DNA of 64,000 nt. Origin: Pristiophorus japonicus (Eukaryota). The notes under the pieces were generated by a model. That model did no database searches. It was not told the origin of the DNA and saw only the letters and a list, made by a program, of their open reading frames with translations. The translations under genes and the position numbers were made by a program. The stretch lies in contig NC_091989.1 in assembly GCF_044704955.1 (NCBI RefSeq), forward strand, positions 104,780,001 through 104,844,000, in the 5' to 3' direction. This document shows positions 13,280 through 27,574 of this stretch, one piece after another; positions within the stretch are counted from its first letter, which is position 1, and each line of letters begins with the position of its first letter.

Positions 13280-15637
13280 AGAGCACATGACAGCAATAAT
13301 AAACGATCTCCTAGCAAAAGATCCTCTCGGAATGAGTGATCACAGTATGGTTGAATTTGCAATACAGATTGAGGGTGAGGAAGTTGTGTCTCAAACGAGC
13401 GTACTATGCTTAAACAAAGGGGACTACAGTGGGATGAGGGCAGAGTTGGCTAAAGTAGACTGGGAACACAGACTAAACGGTGGCACAATTGAGGAACAGT
13501 GGAGGACTTTCAAAGAGCTCTTTCATAGTGCTCAACAAAAATATATTCCAGTGAAAAAGAAGGGCATTAAGAGAAGGGATAACCAGCTGTGGATAACCAA
13601 GAAAATAAAGGAGAGTATCAAATTAAAAACCAATGCGTATAAGGTGGCCAAGGTTTGTGGGAAACTAGAGATTGGGATAATTTTAAACGACAGCAAAGAA
13701 TGACTAAAAAAGCAATAAAGAAAGGAAAGATAGATTACGAAAGTAAACTTGCGCAAAACATAAAAACAGATAGTAAAAGCTTTTACCGATATATAAAACG
13801 GAAAAGAGTGACTAAAGTAAATGTTGGTCCCTTGGAAGATGAGAAGGGGGATTTAATAATGGGAAATGTGGAAATGGCTGAGACTTTAAACAATTATTTT
13901 GCTTCGGTCTTCACAGTGGAAGACACAAAAACCATGCCAAAAATTGATGGTCATGGGAATGTGGGAAGGGAGGACCTTGAGATAATCACTATCACTAGAG
14001 GGGTAGTGCTGGACAGGCTAATGGGACTCAAGGTAGACAAGTCCCCTGGTCCTGATGAAATGCATCCCAGGGTATTAAAAGAGATGGCGGAAGTTATACC
14101 AGATGCATTCGTTATAATCTACCAAAATTCTCTGGACTCTGGGGAGGTACCAGCGGATTGGAAAGCAGCTAAAGTAATGCCTGTGTTTAAAAAAGGGGGC
14201 AGACAAAAGGCAGGTAACTATAGGCCGGTTAGTTTAACATCTGTAGTGGGGAAAATGCTTGAAGCTATCATTAAGGAAGAAATAGCAGGACATCTAGATA
14301 GGAATAGTGCAATCAAGCAGACGCAACATGGATTCATGAAGGGGAAATCATGTTTAACTAATTTACTGGAATTCTTTGAGGATATAACAAGCATGGTGGA
14401 TAGAGGTGTACCGATGGATGTGGTGAATTTAGATTTCCAAAAGGCATTCGATAAGGTGCCACACAAAAGGTTACTGCAGAAGATAAAGGTACGCGGAGTC
14501 AGAGGAAATGTATTAGCATGGATAGAGAATTGGCTGGCTAACAGAAAGCAGAGTAGGGATAAATGGGTCCTTTTCGGGTTGGAAATCGGTGGTTAGTGGT
14601 GTGCCACAGGGATCGGTGTTGGGACCACAACTGTTTACAATATACATAGATGACCTGGAAGAGAGGACAGAGTGTAGTGTAACAAAATTTGCAGATGACA
14701 CAAAGATTAGTGGGAAAGCGGGTTGTGTAGAGGACACAGAGAGGCAGCAAAGAGATTTAGATAGGTTAAGCGAATGGGCGAAGGTTTGTCAGATGGAATA
14801 TAATGTCGGAAAATGTGAGGTCATCCACCTTGGGAAAAAAAACAGTAAAACGGAATATTATTTGAATGGGGAGAAATTACAACATGCTGCGGTGCAGAGG
14901 GACCTGGGGGTCCTTGTACATGAATCCCAAAAAGTTAGTTTGCAGGTGCAGCAGGTAATCAGGAAGGCGAATGGAATGTTGGCCTTCATTGCGAGAGGGA
15001 TGGAGTACAAAAGCAGGGAGGTCCTGCTGCAACTGTACAGGGTATTGGTGAGGCCGCACCTGGAGTACTGCGTGCAGTTTTGGTCACCTTACTTAAAGAA
15101 GGATATACTAGCTTTGGAGGGGTTACAGAGACGATTCACTAGGCTGATTCCGGAGATGATGGGGTTACCTTATGATGATAGATTGAGTAGACTGGGTCTT
15201 TACTCATTGGAGTTCAGAAGGATGAGGGGTGATCTTATAGAAACATTTAAAATAATGAAAGGGATAGACAAGATAGAGGCAGAGAGGTTGTTTCCACTGG
15301 TCGGGGAGACTAGAACTAGGGGACACAGCCTCAAAATACGGGGGAGCCAATTTAAAACCGAGTTGAGAAGGAATTTCTTCTCCCAGAGGTTTGTGAATCT
15401 GTGGAATTCTCTGCCCAAGGAAGCAGTTGAGGCTAGCTCATTGAATGTATTCAAATCACAGATAGATAGATTTTTAACCAATAAGGGAATTAAGGGTTAC
15501 GGGGAGCAGGCGGGTAAGTGGAGCTGAGTCCACATCCAGATCAGCCATGATCTTGTTGAATGGCGGAGCAGGCTCGAGGAGCTAGATGGCCTACACCTGT
15601 TCCTAATTCTTATGTTCTTATGTTCTTTGTTCTTATG
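13280..15637 (+). mobile_element. 5'-truncated CR1 LINE (ORF2 RT) with (TTCTTATG)n tail
   Basis: ORFs 13287-13703, 13655-14596 and 14589-15527 are joined by two frameshifts. Motifs SGVPQGSVLGP and FADD. 8-mer tail repeats at 15607-15637. Confidence 0.93.
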
Positions 15638-15969
15638 ACCTCACTGATGCCTCCCATGTTACTACTGGGGGAGCAAATAACAAATCTGTGGCATATATGA
15701 ATCAGGGAGATTGGTACTGTCGGACTAGGGCTACCCTTGTTGCTCTGGCTCATGACCCCTGTCTGTAATCTCCACGCCAAGACTTGTCCTCACAGAAAGG
15801 GAACGTTCTAGGAACTGTTCCAGCTGTATTGTCCATTTAATAAGCCTCTTATAACTGATGTAGTCCTTCTGCACTCCAAATTTAGTGCTTTCTGGCCAAA
15901 TAACACTTGCTCCACAAGGGACAGCCTGACAAGGAGCATTTTAACATTATGCTATTATTCCAGAATAGT

Positions 15970-16140
15970 GCCGATGCTGGAAATCTGAAACAAGAACAGA
16001 AAATACTGGAAACAGTCAGCAGATCCGGTATCATCTGTGGAGAGAAACAGAGTTAACGTTTCAGGCCTGTGACCTCTCATTTGCACTAGAAGATGTTAGA
16101 ACTGATTAGCTTTTAAGCAAGTACAGAGCCAGGAAAAGGG
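15970..16140. repeat. Penelope-like terminal repeat fragment
   Basis: Contains GATGCTGGAAATCTGAAA...CAGAGTTAACGTTTCAGG. A related piece recurs at about 55975-56082. Family assignment is from recall, not a search. Confidence 0.5.
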
Positions 16141-16184
16141 GACAAAAAAAGCACAAACTCTCGGGATTTTGAAGGTAATTACTA

Positions 16185-16650
16185 TTAGGGGAGCTGGGGA
16201 GCCATAGTGCAAGATATCGAGTTAGACCCTACCCTTAACCAAAGTGCATTGTGAAAGGTTAGATGTTCAGATGTCACTTTAAGAAAGTGAAGGGTGTATT
16301 GATGGAAGGAAGGAGGACCGTTCAGTGTATTATGTTGCCTGCCCTGATGAAGTAACTGAACTTCTTTTGGCATTGGTCTGTAGTCCTGGGAGTGCGAAAT
16401 TTGGCACTGAGTGCCAGTGCTATTGACATCTACCTTCACGTGGCATAAATGACATTCCTGGTTGGCTTTCTGGCAAAAGCAGTCTGTGCCTCCTTAATTC
16501 AATTTTCTCCAGGAGGGCTTGGAAATCAGAATCATAAAAATTCTGGGTTCTTCTCTGGCTTGATAACATGCGCTGCTGCCTTACTTGGTACAGATGGTCC
16601 TGCTGGAGATGTTTTTGAAAAGTATCATAAAAAAATAGGTGAGGCAAGCA
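16185..16650 (-). mobile_element. Decayed Myb/SANT-like ORF of a Harbinger-type DNA transposon
   Basis: RRTQNFYDSDFQALLEKIELRR resembles the N-terminus of Harbinger Myb/SANT proteins. Similar motifs occur near 27280 and 61050. Confidence 0.45.
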
Positions 16651-17825
16651 GTGAAGTTATCTGAAAGCCAAGTGAGTGAGCCAAGCACTACTCCTTCCTT
16701 ATGTGGCTGTCCCCCAGTCTGATGCTGAAATGTGTAGGCTGAACTGTTTTTATAGAGGCTGCCACTCCTGTTTCCATGTACTCCAGCAAATTATACTTGT
16801 TTTACACGGGATATATGATAAATGACTACTCCAATTATGCAAATAAGCTCACACTGGAAACCCTCTTGTAAATACTTCTCCGGACCACTGTTTTCATTGG
16901 CGTTACAGTGGCACAACTCAATGCTTGGAAGTTCATGTCCAAGTTCTTTTAAACCTTAATAACCTTACTTCTTTTTCATTCAGTCTTCAATAGCAATAAA
17001 CCCTAACAAAAGTTCAAATATGACCTTTGCACTCTTATCCTTCTTCTCTCTATTTTCCACTTTTCCTGTCTTCTCTCCTAAGATGTTGCCAATGGGTTTG
17101 TTTCCACGGGTGCCGAGTGATCATTTTCCATGTGAAAATATATACAGGGAGTGTCCACAGCCCTGTTCAACAGGGAGGGCATCTCAGCTGAGTGCAAACC
17201 TGGCCTCAATTGCTTCAAGCCTCAGAACTACAGGACACCTCACCTCAGGTGGGGAAGCTGCACTCCCAACCTGTAGTGTGGTTTTCTGGGTGATCCAGCT
17301 CGGAGCAGCCATCAGCCTGATTTAAAGTTGTGTTCCCTGCCGTTCAGTCTTTGGACACTGCCTACAACTAATGTCACTGTATCAGAAGAGATGCCCTAGT
17401 CAAAGGTTTTATGCCAGGAACAAAATCAATGTATTTTAAAGAATATCAATTATATTTTTAAGATATGAATGTGAAGTCGGTTAAAAAGAATACTACTGCC
17501 CCAATACATTGCTTCCACTTAACTGTAGGACAAATTCACTGATGCTGTGCTCCCAGCAGGGAGCCACACTCGAAGGAAGCATGAGCTGGATAATCATGCA
17601 GTTGAGCCATTTCCAACCTATGCTCCCTTCAAGAGCTGTTAAATTCTGGTAGCGCAGGATCATTATCTGTATGTATCTGAAGACAGACCAATGAGAACAA
17701 AGTTTATTGATGTCATATTGTTGCCAGTGCCCCTCTATGATGTACTTAATTTTAGAAATTGATAAAATATTAACATAGTTCAGTTACAAACTGCTACAAA
17801 TCACGAGTGTTGTATATAATATACA

Positions 17826-20800
17826 GGATAGAAACATAGAAACAGAGAAAATAGGTGCAGGAGTAGGCCATTCGGCCCTTCGAGCCTGCACCGCCATTCA
17901 ATGAGTTCATTGCTGAACATGCAACTTCAGTACCCCATTCCTGCTTTCTCGCCATACCCCTTGATCCCCCTAGTAGTAAAGATTACATCTAACTCCTTTT
18001 TGAATATATTTAGTGAATTGGCCTCAACAACTTCCTGTGGTAGAGAATTCCACAGGTTCACCACTCTCTGGGTGAAGAAGTTTCTCCTCATCTCGGTCCT
18101 AAATGGCTTACCCCTTATCCTTAGACTGTGACCCCTGATTCTGGACTTCCCCAACATTGGGAACATTCTTCCTGCATCTAACCTGTCTAAACCCGTCAGA
18201 ATTTTAAACGTTTCTATGAGATCCCCTTTCATTCTTCTGAACTCCAGTGAACACAAGCCCAGTTGATCCAGTCTTTCTTGATATGTCAGTTCCACCATCC
18301 CGGGAATCAGTCTGGTGAACCTTTGCTGCACTCCCTCAATAGCAAGAATGTCCTTCCTCAAGTTAGGAGTCCAAAACTATACACAATACTCCAGGTGTGG
18401 CCTCACCAAGGCCCTGTACAACTGTAGTTACACCTCCCTGCCCCTGTACTCAAATCCCCTCGCTATGAAGGCCAACATGCCATTTGCTTTCTTAACCGCT
18501 TGCTGTACCTGCATGCCAACCTTCAATGACTGATGTACCATGACACCCAGGTCTCGTTGCACCTCCCCTTTTCCTAATCTGTCACCATTCAGATAATAGT
18601 CTGTCTCTCTGTTTTTACCACCGAAGTGGATAACCTCACATTTATCCACATTATACTTCATCTGCCATGCATTTGCCCACTCACCTAACCTATCCAAGTC
18701 ACTCTGCAGCCTCATAGCATCGTCCTCACAGCTCACACTGCCACCCAATTTAGTGTCATCTGCAAATTTGGAGATCCTACATTTAATCCCCTCGTCTAAA
18801 CATTAAAGTAGAATGTAAACAGCTGGGGCCCCAGCACAGAACCTTGCGGTACCCCACTAGTCACTGCCTGCCATTCTGAAAAGTACCCATTTACTCCTAC
18901 TCTTTGCTTCCTGTCTGCCAACGAGTTCTCAATCCATGTCAGCACACTACCCCCAATCCCATGTGCTTTAACTTTGCACATTAATCTCTTGTGTGGGACC
19001 TTGTCGAAAGCCTTCTGAAAGTCCAAATATACCACATCAACTGGTTCTCCCTTGACCACTCTACTGGAAACATCCTCACAAAATTCCAGAAGATTTATCA
19101 AGCATGATTTCCCTTTCACAAATCCATGCTGACTTGGACCTATCATGTCACCTCTTTCCAAATGCGCTGCGATGACATCATTAATAATTGATTCCATCAT
19201 TTTACCCACTACCGATGTCAGGCTGACCGGTCTATAATTTCCTGTTTTCTCTCTCCCTCCTTTTTTAAAAAGTGGGGTTACATTGGCTATCCTCCACTCC
19301 ATATGAACTGATCCAAAGTCGATGGAATGTTGGAAAATGACTGTCAATGCATCCGCTATTTCCAAGGCCACCTCCTTAAGTACTCTGGGATGCAGTCCAT
19401 CAGGCCCTGGGAATTTATCGGCCTTCAATCCCATCAATTTCCCCAACACAATTTCCCGACTAATAAGGATTTCCTTCAGTTCCTCTTTCTTACTAGACCT
19501 TCTGACCCCTTTTATATCCGGAAGGTTGTTTGTGTCCTCCTTAGTGAATACCGAACCAAAGTACTTGTTCAATTGGTCTGCCATTTTTTTGTTCCCCGTT
19601 ATGACTTCGCCTGATTCTGACTGCAGGGTACCTATGTTTGTCTTTACTAACCTTTTTCTCTTTACATATCTATCGAAGCTTTTGCAGTCCGCCTTAATGT
19701 TCCCTGCAAGCTTCCTCTCGTACTCTATTTTCCCTGCCCTAATCAAACCCTTTGTCCTCCTCTGCTGAGTTCTAAATTTCTCCCAGTCTCCGGGTCCGCT
19801 GCTATTTCTGGCCAATTTGTATGCCACTTCCTTGGCTATAATACTATCCCTGATTTCCCTTGATAGCCACGGTTGAGCCACCTTCCCTTTTTTATTTTTA
19901 CGCCAGACAGGGATGTACAATTGTTGTAGTTCATCCATGCAGTCTCTAAATGTCTGCCATTGCCCATCCACAGTCAACCCCTTAAGTATCATTCGCCAAT
20001 CTATCCTAGCCAATTCACGCCTCATTCCTTAAAAGTTACCATGCTTTAAGTTCTGGACCATGTCTCTGAATTAACTGTTTCATTCTCCATCCTAATGCAG
20101 AATTCCACTATATTATGGTCACTCTTCCCCAAGGGGCCTCGCACAATGAGATTGCTAATTAATCCTCTCTCATTACACAACACCTAGTCTAAGATGGCCT
20201 CCCCCCCTAGTTGGTTCCTCGACATATTGGTCTAGAAAACCATCCCTTATGCACTCCAGGAAATCCTCCTCCACCGTATTGCTTCCAATTTGGTTAACCT
20301 AATCTATATGCACATTAAAGTCACCCATGTTAACTGCTGCACCTTTATTGCATGCACCCATAATTTCCTGTTTGATGCCCTCCCCAACATCACTACTACT
20401 GTTTGGAGGTCTGTACACAACTCCCACTAACGTTTTTTGCCCTTTAGTGTTCTGCAGCTCTACCCATATAGATTCCACATCATCCAAGCTATTGTCCTTC
20501 CTAACTATTGCATTAATCTCCTCTTTAACCAGCAATGCTACCCCACCTCCTTTTCCTTTTATTCTATCCTTCCTGAATGTTGAATACCCTTGAATGTTGA
20601 ATTCCCAGCCCTGATCATCCTGGAGCCACGTCTCTGTGATCCCAATCATATCATATCTGTTAACATCTATTTGCACAGTTAATTCATCCACCTTATTACG
20701 GATATTCCTTGCATTAAGACACAAAGCCTTCAGGCTTGATTTTTTAACACCCTTTGTCCTTTTAGAATTATGATGTAGTGTGGCCCTTTTGTTTCTTGCC

Positions 20801-22857
20801 TTTGTTTACTCGGCCTTCCACTGTTGCTTTTTACCTTTCTATCATCTGTTTCTGACTCCATATTACTTCACCCTGTCTCACTGCATAGGTTCCCATCCGC
20901 CTGCCATATTAGTTTAAACACACCCGAACTGCATTCGCAAATGTTACCCCTAGGACATCAGTTCCAGTCCTGCCCAAGTGCAGACCATCCCTTTTGTACA
21001 GGTCCCACTTCCCCCAGAACTGGTTCCAATGTCCCAGGAATTTGAATCCTACCTCTTGCACCACTGCTCAAGCCACGTATTTATTCTAACTATCCTGCTC
21101 CCTCTACTCTGATTAGCACATGGCACTGGTAGCAACCCAGAGATTACTACCTTTGAGGTCCTACTTTTTAATTTAACTCCTAGCTCCCTAAATTCAGCTT
21201 GTAGGACCTCTTCCTGCTTCTTACGTATATCGTTGGTACCTACATGTACCACGACAGCTGGCTGTTCACCCTCCCTCTCCAGAATGCTCTGCAGCCGCTC
21301 CGAGACATCCTTGACCCTTGCACCAGGGAGGCAACATACCATCCTGGAGTCTCGGTTGTGGCCACAGAAACTCCTATCTATTCCCCTTACAATAGAGTCC
21401 CCTATCATTACAGCTCTCCCACTCTTTTTCCCGCCCTTCTGTGCAGCAGAGCCACCCATGGTGCCATGAACCTGGCTGCTGGTGCCTTCTCCTGGTAAGT
21501 CATCTCCCCCAACAGTATCCAAAACGGTATATCTGTTTTGGAGGGAGATGACCGCAGGGTCTCCTTCACTATCTTCCTGCTCTTGACTTGTCTCTTGGTC
21601 ACCCATTCACTATTTGTCCTAACCTTTACCTGCAGTGTGACAAACTCACTAAATGTGCTATCCACAATATTCTCAGCATCGCGCATGCTCTAGGGTGAGT
21701 CCATCCGCAGCTCCAGTGCCGTCATGCGGTCTGTCAGGAGCTGCAGCTGGACACACTTCCTGCACACATAGTAGTCAGGGACACTAGACGTGTCCCTGAT
21801 TTCCCACATAGCACAGGAGGAGCATGACATGGGTCCAAGCTCTCTTGCCATGACTTAACCCTTAAATTAATTTACTTACTAAAATTTACTTAAACACCAA
21901 ACAGCTACTTACTAGTTCACTGTCAATTAAACCAATCTAAAAGTCAGTCTAAAAGAGAGTTATACTTACCAGTTGAACAGCCAACCACTTACCAGCTTGG
22001 CTGTGATGTCACCTCTCGATTTCGCATCCCTCTAATCTTTGTCTGCAGCAGGTTGGGCTGGTCTCTGGGCCTCCATCTACAACTTTCGCACTCCTTATCA
22101 GCTGCTCTAGTGTCAGCACTGGTAGGAAAAACAAGACAAAACAGCACCTGCCACCCCCACTTGCCCTTAAATTTCACCCACTTACCAAACTCACGAATGC
22201 CACTCTATGCTACTGCATGAGCTGCCTCTTTTTAAACTGTATCTAGGTCAGATGACTCACTACTGGTCAGTCATTTACAGAACTGGTTTTAACTAGCTGC
22301 TAATTGCCTCCTACTGGAGAGTTACCTTGTTTTTCTCTGCCTAAACCTGAAAGATTCCCAACTATTTAACTTTTCCCTTTAAATTAAACTGCTACTTACT
22401 TAGAAGCTACTGACAATTGGCACTTACAATTTACTCCAGCCTCCAAATGGTTTAATGAGCATAACCCTGAAAACTCACCCACTTACCAAACTCACGAATG
22501 CCACTCCATGCTGCTGCACTCTGTGCTCTGCACGAGCTGCCTCTTTTTAAACTGTATCTAGGTCAGATGACTCAGTACTGGTCAGTCGTTTACAGAACTG
22601 GTTTTATCTAGCTGCTAATTGCCTCCTACTGGAGAGTTACCTTGTTTTTCTCTGCCTAAACCTGGAAGATTCCCAACTAGTTAACTTTTCCCCTTTAAAT
22701 TAAACTGCTACTTACTTAGAAGCTACTGGCAATTGCTACTAACAATTTACTCCAGCCTCCAAATGGTTTAAAGAGAATAACCCTTAAAACTCACCCACTT
22801 ACCAAATTCAGGAATGCCACTCTATGCTGCTGCACTCCGTGCTCTGAGCGAGCTGCC
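17826..22857 (-). mobile_element. Near full-length CR1 LINE: ORF1 (Zn finger plus SGNH esterase), ORF2 (EN-RT), tandemly repeated 5' region
   Basis: ORF1 ATG near 21851 with CSSC...CRKC, GDSIVR and HVGTND. ORF2 fragments span 20724 to 17927. 3' tail (ATAGAAAC)n at 17828-17850. Confidence 0.92.
22171..22857 (-). repeat. About 2.2 tandem copies of a ~300-316 bp unit at the CR1 5' end
   Basis: The unit start AAACTCACCCACTTACCAAA recurs at about 22171, 22471 and 22787. The first two units are highly similar throughout. Confidence 0.85.
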
Positions 22858-23764
22858 TTGTATGTATAACTCAGTATTTCACATTTTTACTTATTGCTTA
22901 TCAGCTTCTATTTGACTGGTGTTTCTCCAATATATGTAACAACGCTCATGCCCACCTCTCTTTCTCTCTTCCATTCAGACAATAAATAGTTCTAGCCCAG
23001 TGCCCACAAGTCATGATTTTGGGTCTGTCTCCATCATCAGGACATTGCATCATCTGAGTGATATAAGCTTAGCAACGGGCCAGAAAGGAGATTGAAAAAT
23101 ACCAAGTGAAGCTCAAAATGTAAGATCTGTATGGCAGAGTGAGCTGGATGGGTTGAATTGCATTTTATTATTCTCCATTCTTATGTTCTTATTTGTTTTT
23201 AAACCAGATGTAATGAGATCACATTTGTAGATTATTTGAGCCATTATTCTGTTGTTACTTCAGGAATTGCTGAACAATAGTAACCTCCTTGGACGCTACA
23301 CCTAGAAAACACTTACCTTCCGTCAGCATCTGTATCTTCTCCATTTCTAGTTCTGTTCACCTACCATATCTTGCTTTCTGACCTTCATTCACCCTCTCTG
23401 ACTCTCCCTCTCTGTCCTTATCTCTATTTCTAACATTATAGAAACTTCTCCAGCAGTTGGAGGCTGGCAAAAGAGAGTTTTGATTTACCTAAACAGCCAA
23501 AGCTAAAGACTGGGCAATACAACCAGACTCTATCTACTCACAACACTCTCAAAACTGAACTCAGATCAAACTTTAGTGCAACATAAATGCACCATTACTC
23601 CTATAACCTTGATCACCTAAACTCAGAAAATTAATCTAAGAGGTTCTCTTCCAGCAGGAATGTGACTGGGTAACATGTGCTGGCATGGAGTCAGCCAGGG
23701 TTGTTAATGAGGCTGACATCATAACACAAAATAAACCATCACATCTGATGACCATAAGGAAAAT

Positions 23765-23885
23765 CTTTTATATATGTATTTGTCTATATACATATGTATC
23801 TACATTTATATATTTATACACATATATATATACATAAATAACATTTATATTTAATAAAATACATTTATATATTTATGTAACTATA
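23765..23885. repeat. AT-rich (TA)n-like low-complexity tract
   Basis: Degenerate TA/TACA/TTTA repeats. Confidence 0.8.
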
Positions 23886-24099
23886 ACCAGTTGGTCATGG
23901 CATTGCTCATAAAGAAAATTATGAAAAATATTGGTTTGAAGTACTTTTTCCAATATGGGCATCAACATAAGAGAACAGAGGCACAGCACTCAGAAGGTAA
24001 GTTAAATAAAACCTTTCTGTGATTAAAAAAATATATATATTGTTTTTTATACATCCTTACAATACAGTGACACCTTTCTCTGTTTATCTTTGTGTAGCT

Positions 24100-27010
24100 T
24101 GGAGGATGAGTTCATGAAATGAATTTGAGACGGTTTTCCAGAACAATATGTCAAGGTAGCAACTAGGGAACGGGCTATTTTGTATCCAATAGTGTAGAAT
24201 GAAACAGGGTGAACTAGTAATCTTACTGTAAAAAGGATCCTCTGAGAAAGAGTGAGAGAATTTCATGTTGTGTTTGAGCTGAGGTTAAGTCCGAAACTAG
24301 GGTTTTAAATTTAAACAAAGCTAATTACATAGGTATGAGTGGCTAGTTTGGCTAAGCTAGATTGGGAAATTAGATTAAAAGATATGACAGTAGATAAGCA
24401 ACGGCAAATATTTTGAAAAATAATTCATAATTCTCAATGAGTATATGTTCCCTTAAGGAATAATAACTCCACTGGAAGCGTAGTCCAACCGCAGCTAACT
24501 AGAGAAGTTGAGAATAGTATTAGATTAAAATAAGATCCTAACAATGTTGCCAAAAAGAGTAGTAAGCCTGCGGATTGGGGGGGTTTTAAAAATCAGAAAA
24601 AACATGACCAAGAAATTAATCAAGAGGTAAAAAATAGAATATGAAAATAAACTACCAAGAAATATAAAAAAAGATTGCAAGAGCTTCTACAAGTATGTAA
24701 AAAGGAAGAGATTAGCAAAAGTAAACTTAGATCCCATAGAGACAGATACAGGAGAAATTACAATGGGGAATAAGAAAATGGCAGAGACATTAAACAAATA
24801 TTTTGAATCTGTCTTCACAGCAGACAACACAGAAATTATACCAGAAATGGTGGGAAGCCAAGGGTCTAATGAAAGTGAGAAACTTAAAATAATTAATATT
24901 AGTAAAGAAAAAGTACTGGAGATAGTAATGGGACTTAAAGTCCAATCCCCTGGACCTGATGATCTATATCTATAGGTTTTTAAAGAGATCGCTGCAGAAT
25001 CGTAGAATCATAGAATGGTTACAGCACAGAAGGAGGCCATTTGGCCCATTGAGTCCATGCTAGCTCTCTGCAAGAGCACTTCAGCTAGTCACACTCTCCT
25101 GCCCTTTCCCCGTAGCACTGCAAATTTTTTCCTTCAGCTACGTATCCAATTCCCTTTTGAAAGCCATGATTGAGTCTGCCTCCACCATCTTTCAGGCACA
25201 TCATTCCAGATCCTAACCACTTGCTGCATAAAAAGGATTTTCCTCATGTCGCCTTTGGTTCTTTTGCCAATCACATTAAATCTGTGTCCTCTGGTTCATT
25301 ACTCTTCCACCAATGGGAACAGTTTCTCTCTATCTACTCTGTCTAGATCCCTCATGATTTTGAACACCTCTTTCAGATCTCCTCTCAACTTTCTCTGCCC
25401 GAAGGAGAACAACCGCAGCTTCCCTAGTCTATCTGCGTAACTGAAGTTCCTCATCCCTTGAACCATTCTTGTAAACCTTTTCTGCAACCTCTCTAAGGCC
25501 TTCACATCCTTGCTAAAGTGCGTTGCCCAATATTGGAAACAATACTCCAGTTGAGGCCGAACCAGTGTTTTATAAAGGTTCATCTTAACTTCCTTGCTTT
25601 TGTACTCTATGCCTCTATTAATGAAGCCCAGGATCTCATATGCTTTTTTAACCATTTTCTCAATCACCTTCAATGATTTTTACACATACACCCCCAGGTC
25701 TCTCTGTTCATGCATCCCCTTTAGGATTTAGTTTAAATTGCCTCTTCTCGTTCTTCCTACCAAAATTCTTCACACTTTTCTGCATTAAATTTCATCTAAC
25801 GCATGTCTGCCCATTTCACCAACCTGTCTATGTCTTCTTGAAGTCTATCACTATCCTCCTCGCTGTTCACTATACTTCTAAGATTTGTGTCATCTTCAAA
25901 TTTTGAAGTAGTGCCCTGTACACCCATGTTCAAGTCATTAATATTTATCAAGAAAATCAGTGGTCCTAGTACCAACCCCTGGGGAACATTACTATATACC
26001 TTCCTGAGGTCAGAAAATCAACCGTTCACCACTACTCTCCGTTTCCTGTCGGTTGGGCACTTTTGCATCCATGCTGCCACTTTCCCTTTTATTCCATGGG
26101 CTTCAACTTTGCTGGCAAGCCTATTATGTGGCACTTTATCAAACGCCTTTTGGAAGTCCACGTAGCACGTCAACCGCATTGACCTCATCAACCCTCTCTG
26201 TTATCTCATCAAAAAACTCAATCAAGTTAGTTAAACATGATTTGCCTTTAACAAATCCATGCTGGCGTTCCTTAATTAATCCACACTTGTCCAAGTGACT
26301 GTTAATTTTGTCTCTGATTACCATTTCTAAAAGCTTCCCCACTACCGAGGTTAAATTGACTGGCCTGTAGTTGCTGGGTTTATCCTTACATTATTTTTTG
26401 AACAAGTGTGTAACATTTGCAATTCTCCAGTCCCCTGTATCTAAGGAGAGTTGGAAGATTATGGCCAGTATCTCCGCAATTGTCACCTTAACTTCCCTCA
26501 GCATCCGAAGATGCATCCTATCCGGTCCTGGCTGACTTATCTACGTTAAGTACAGCCAGATTTTCTAGTACCTCCTCTTTATCAATTTTTATCCCATCCA
26601 GTGTCTCCACTACCTCCTCTTTCACTATGACTTTGGCAGCAGCATCTTCCTTGGGGAAGACAGATGCAAGGTGCTAAATTAATACCTCAGCCATGCCCTC
26701 TGCCTCCATGCATAGGTCTCCTTTTTGGTCCTTAATTTCCACAACCCTCCTCTTACTACCGTTTACTATATTTATGTGTATAGAACATTTTTGAATTCTC
26801 TTTTATGATTGTGGATGCATTCGATCTTCCAGGATTCCCTAGATTCTAGAAGGTCCCTCTGGATTGGAAGATAGCAAATGTAACCCCGCTATTCAAGAAA
26901 GGAGAGAGAGAAAAAACAGGGAATTATAGGCCCGTTAGCCTGGCATTAGTCGTAGAGAAAAAGCTATAATCTCTTAATGGAACCTGGTAACAGGGCACTT
27001 AGAAAATCAT
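24100..27010 (+). mobile_element. Old CR1 ORF2 fragment, interrupted by an antisense CR1
   Basis: MAETLNKYFESVFT...SPGPD at 24763-24975. RT homology resumes at about 26810 (ANVTPLFKKG, NYRPVSL). Confidence 0.75.
24998..26800 (-). mobile_element. 5'-truncated CR1 LINE nested in the older CR1
   Basis: Tail (ATCATAGA) near 25000. ORF2 pieces 25299-25673 and 26139-26342 (QHGFVKGKSCLTNL). Confidence 0.85.
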
Positions 27011-27574
27011 GGACAGAGTTTTGTTTAGCTGGGCGGGGTCTGGCGCTGTCAGTCACCGTGGCGGGTCACGACCCCATGCTTGCTTCCATCCCACTGCATA
27101 ATCGAATCTGTGCTAATGGGGTCTAGTAAGCCTGACCTGCAAAGTACCCAGCCCAATTAAGTGGTGCAGGTCTGATGACGTCAGTATTGATGCATTTTCA
27201 AGTGGGATATTTAAAGGAACCATGGCCACATTGCAGTTGAAGGTTCATCTAGGAGTGTGCAGGTAGTGCACAGAGGCAGAGGGCTGCATCTAGGTTCTTC
27301 AATGACTCCCTCCATATGCTTGTGAAGGGAGTCAGAGCATGCAGGGAAGTCCTTTTTCCTTCAAGTTGGCAGAAGAGACCTCCCCAGGAGACAAAAAGAG
27401 CCTTGCTCCAAATTGCAGAGCAGGTGAACGACAGGGATGTGAGAGGTGGCTAGTAAAATGGGGCTGTGATAATATAGCTAAGAGAGAAGGATGGGTGGCT
27501 GTGCAAGGTATGTTGATGTGAGTAAGGATGTGCAGGAGTATGGTTGGGAAGTCAGAATGATGGGGATATGATGA

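Noticed and set aside
16040-16100. Possible hammerhead ribozyme in the Penelope-like repeat
   Set aside because: The GAAAC half is present on the - strand, but the CTGATGA core is degenerate.
32-20593. Many antisense ORFs of 60-190 aa overlapping CR1 and Gypsy coding regions
   Set aside because: These are shadow frames of transposon ORFs with no independent evidence.
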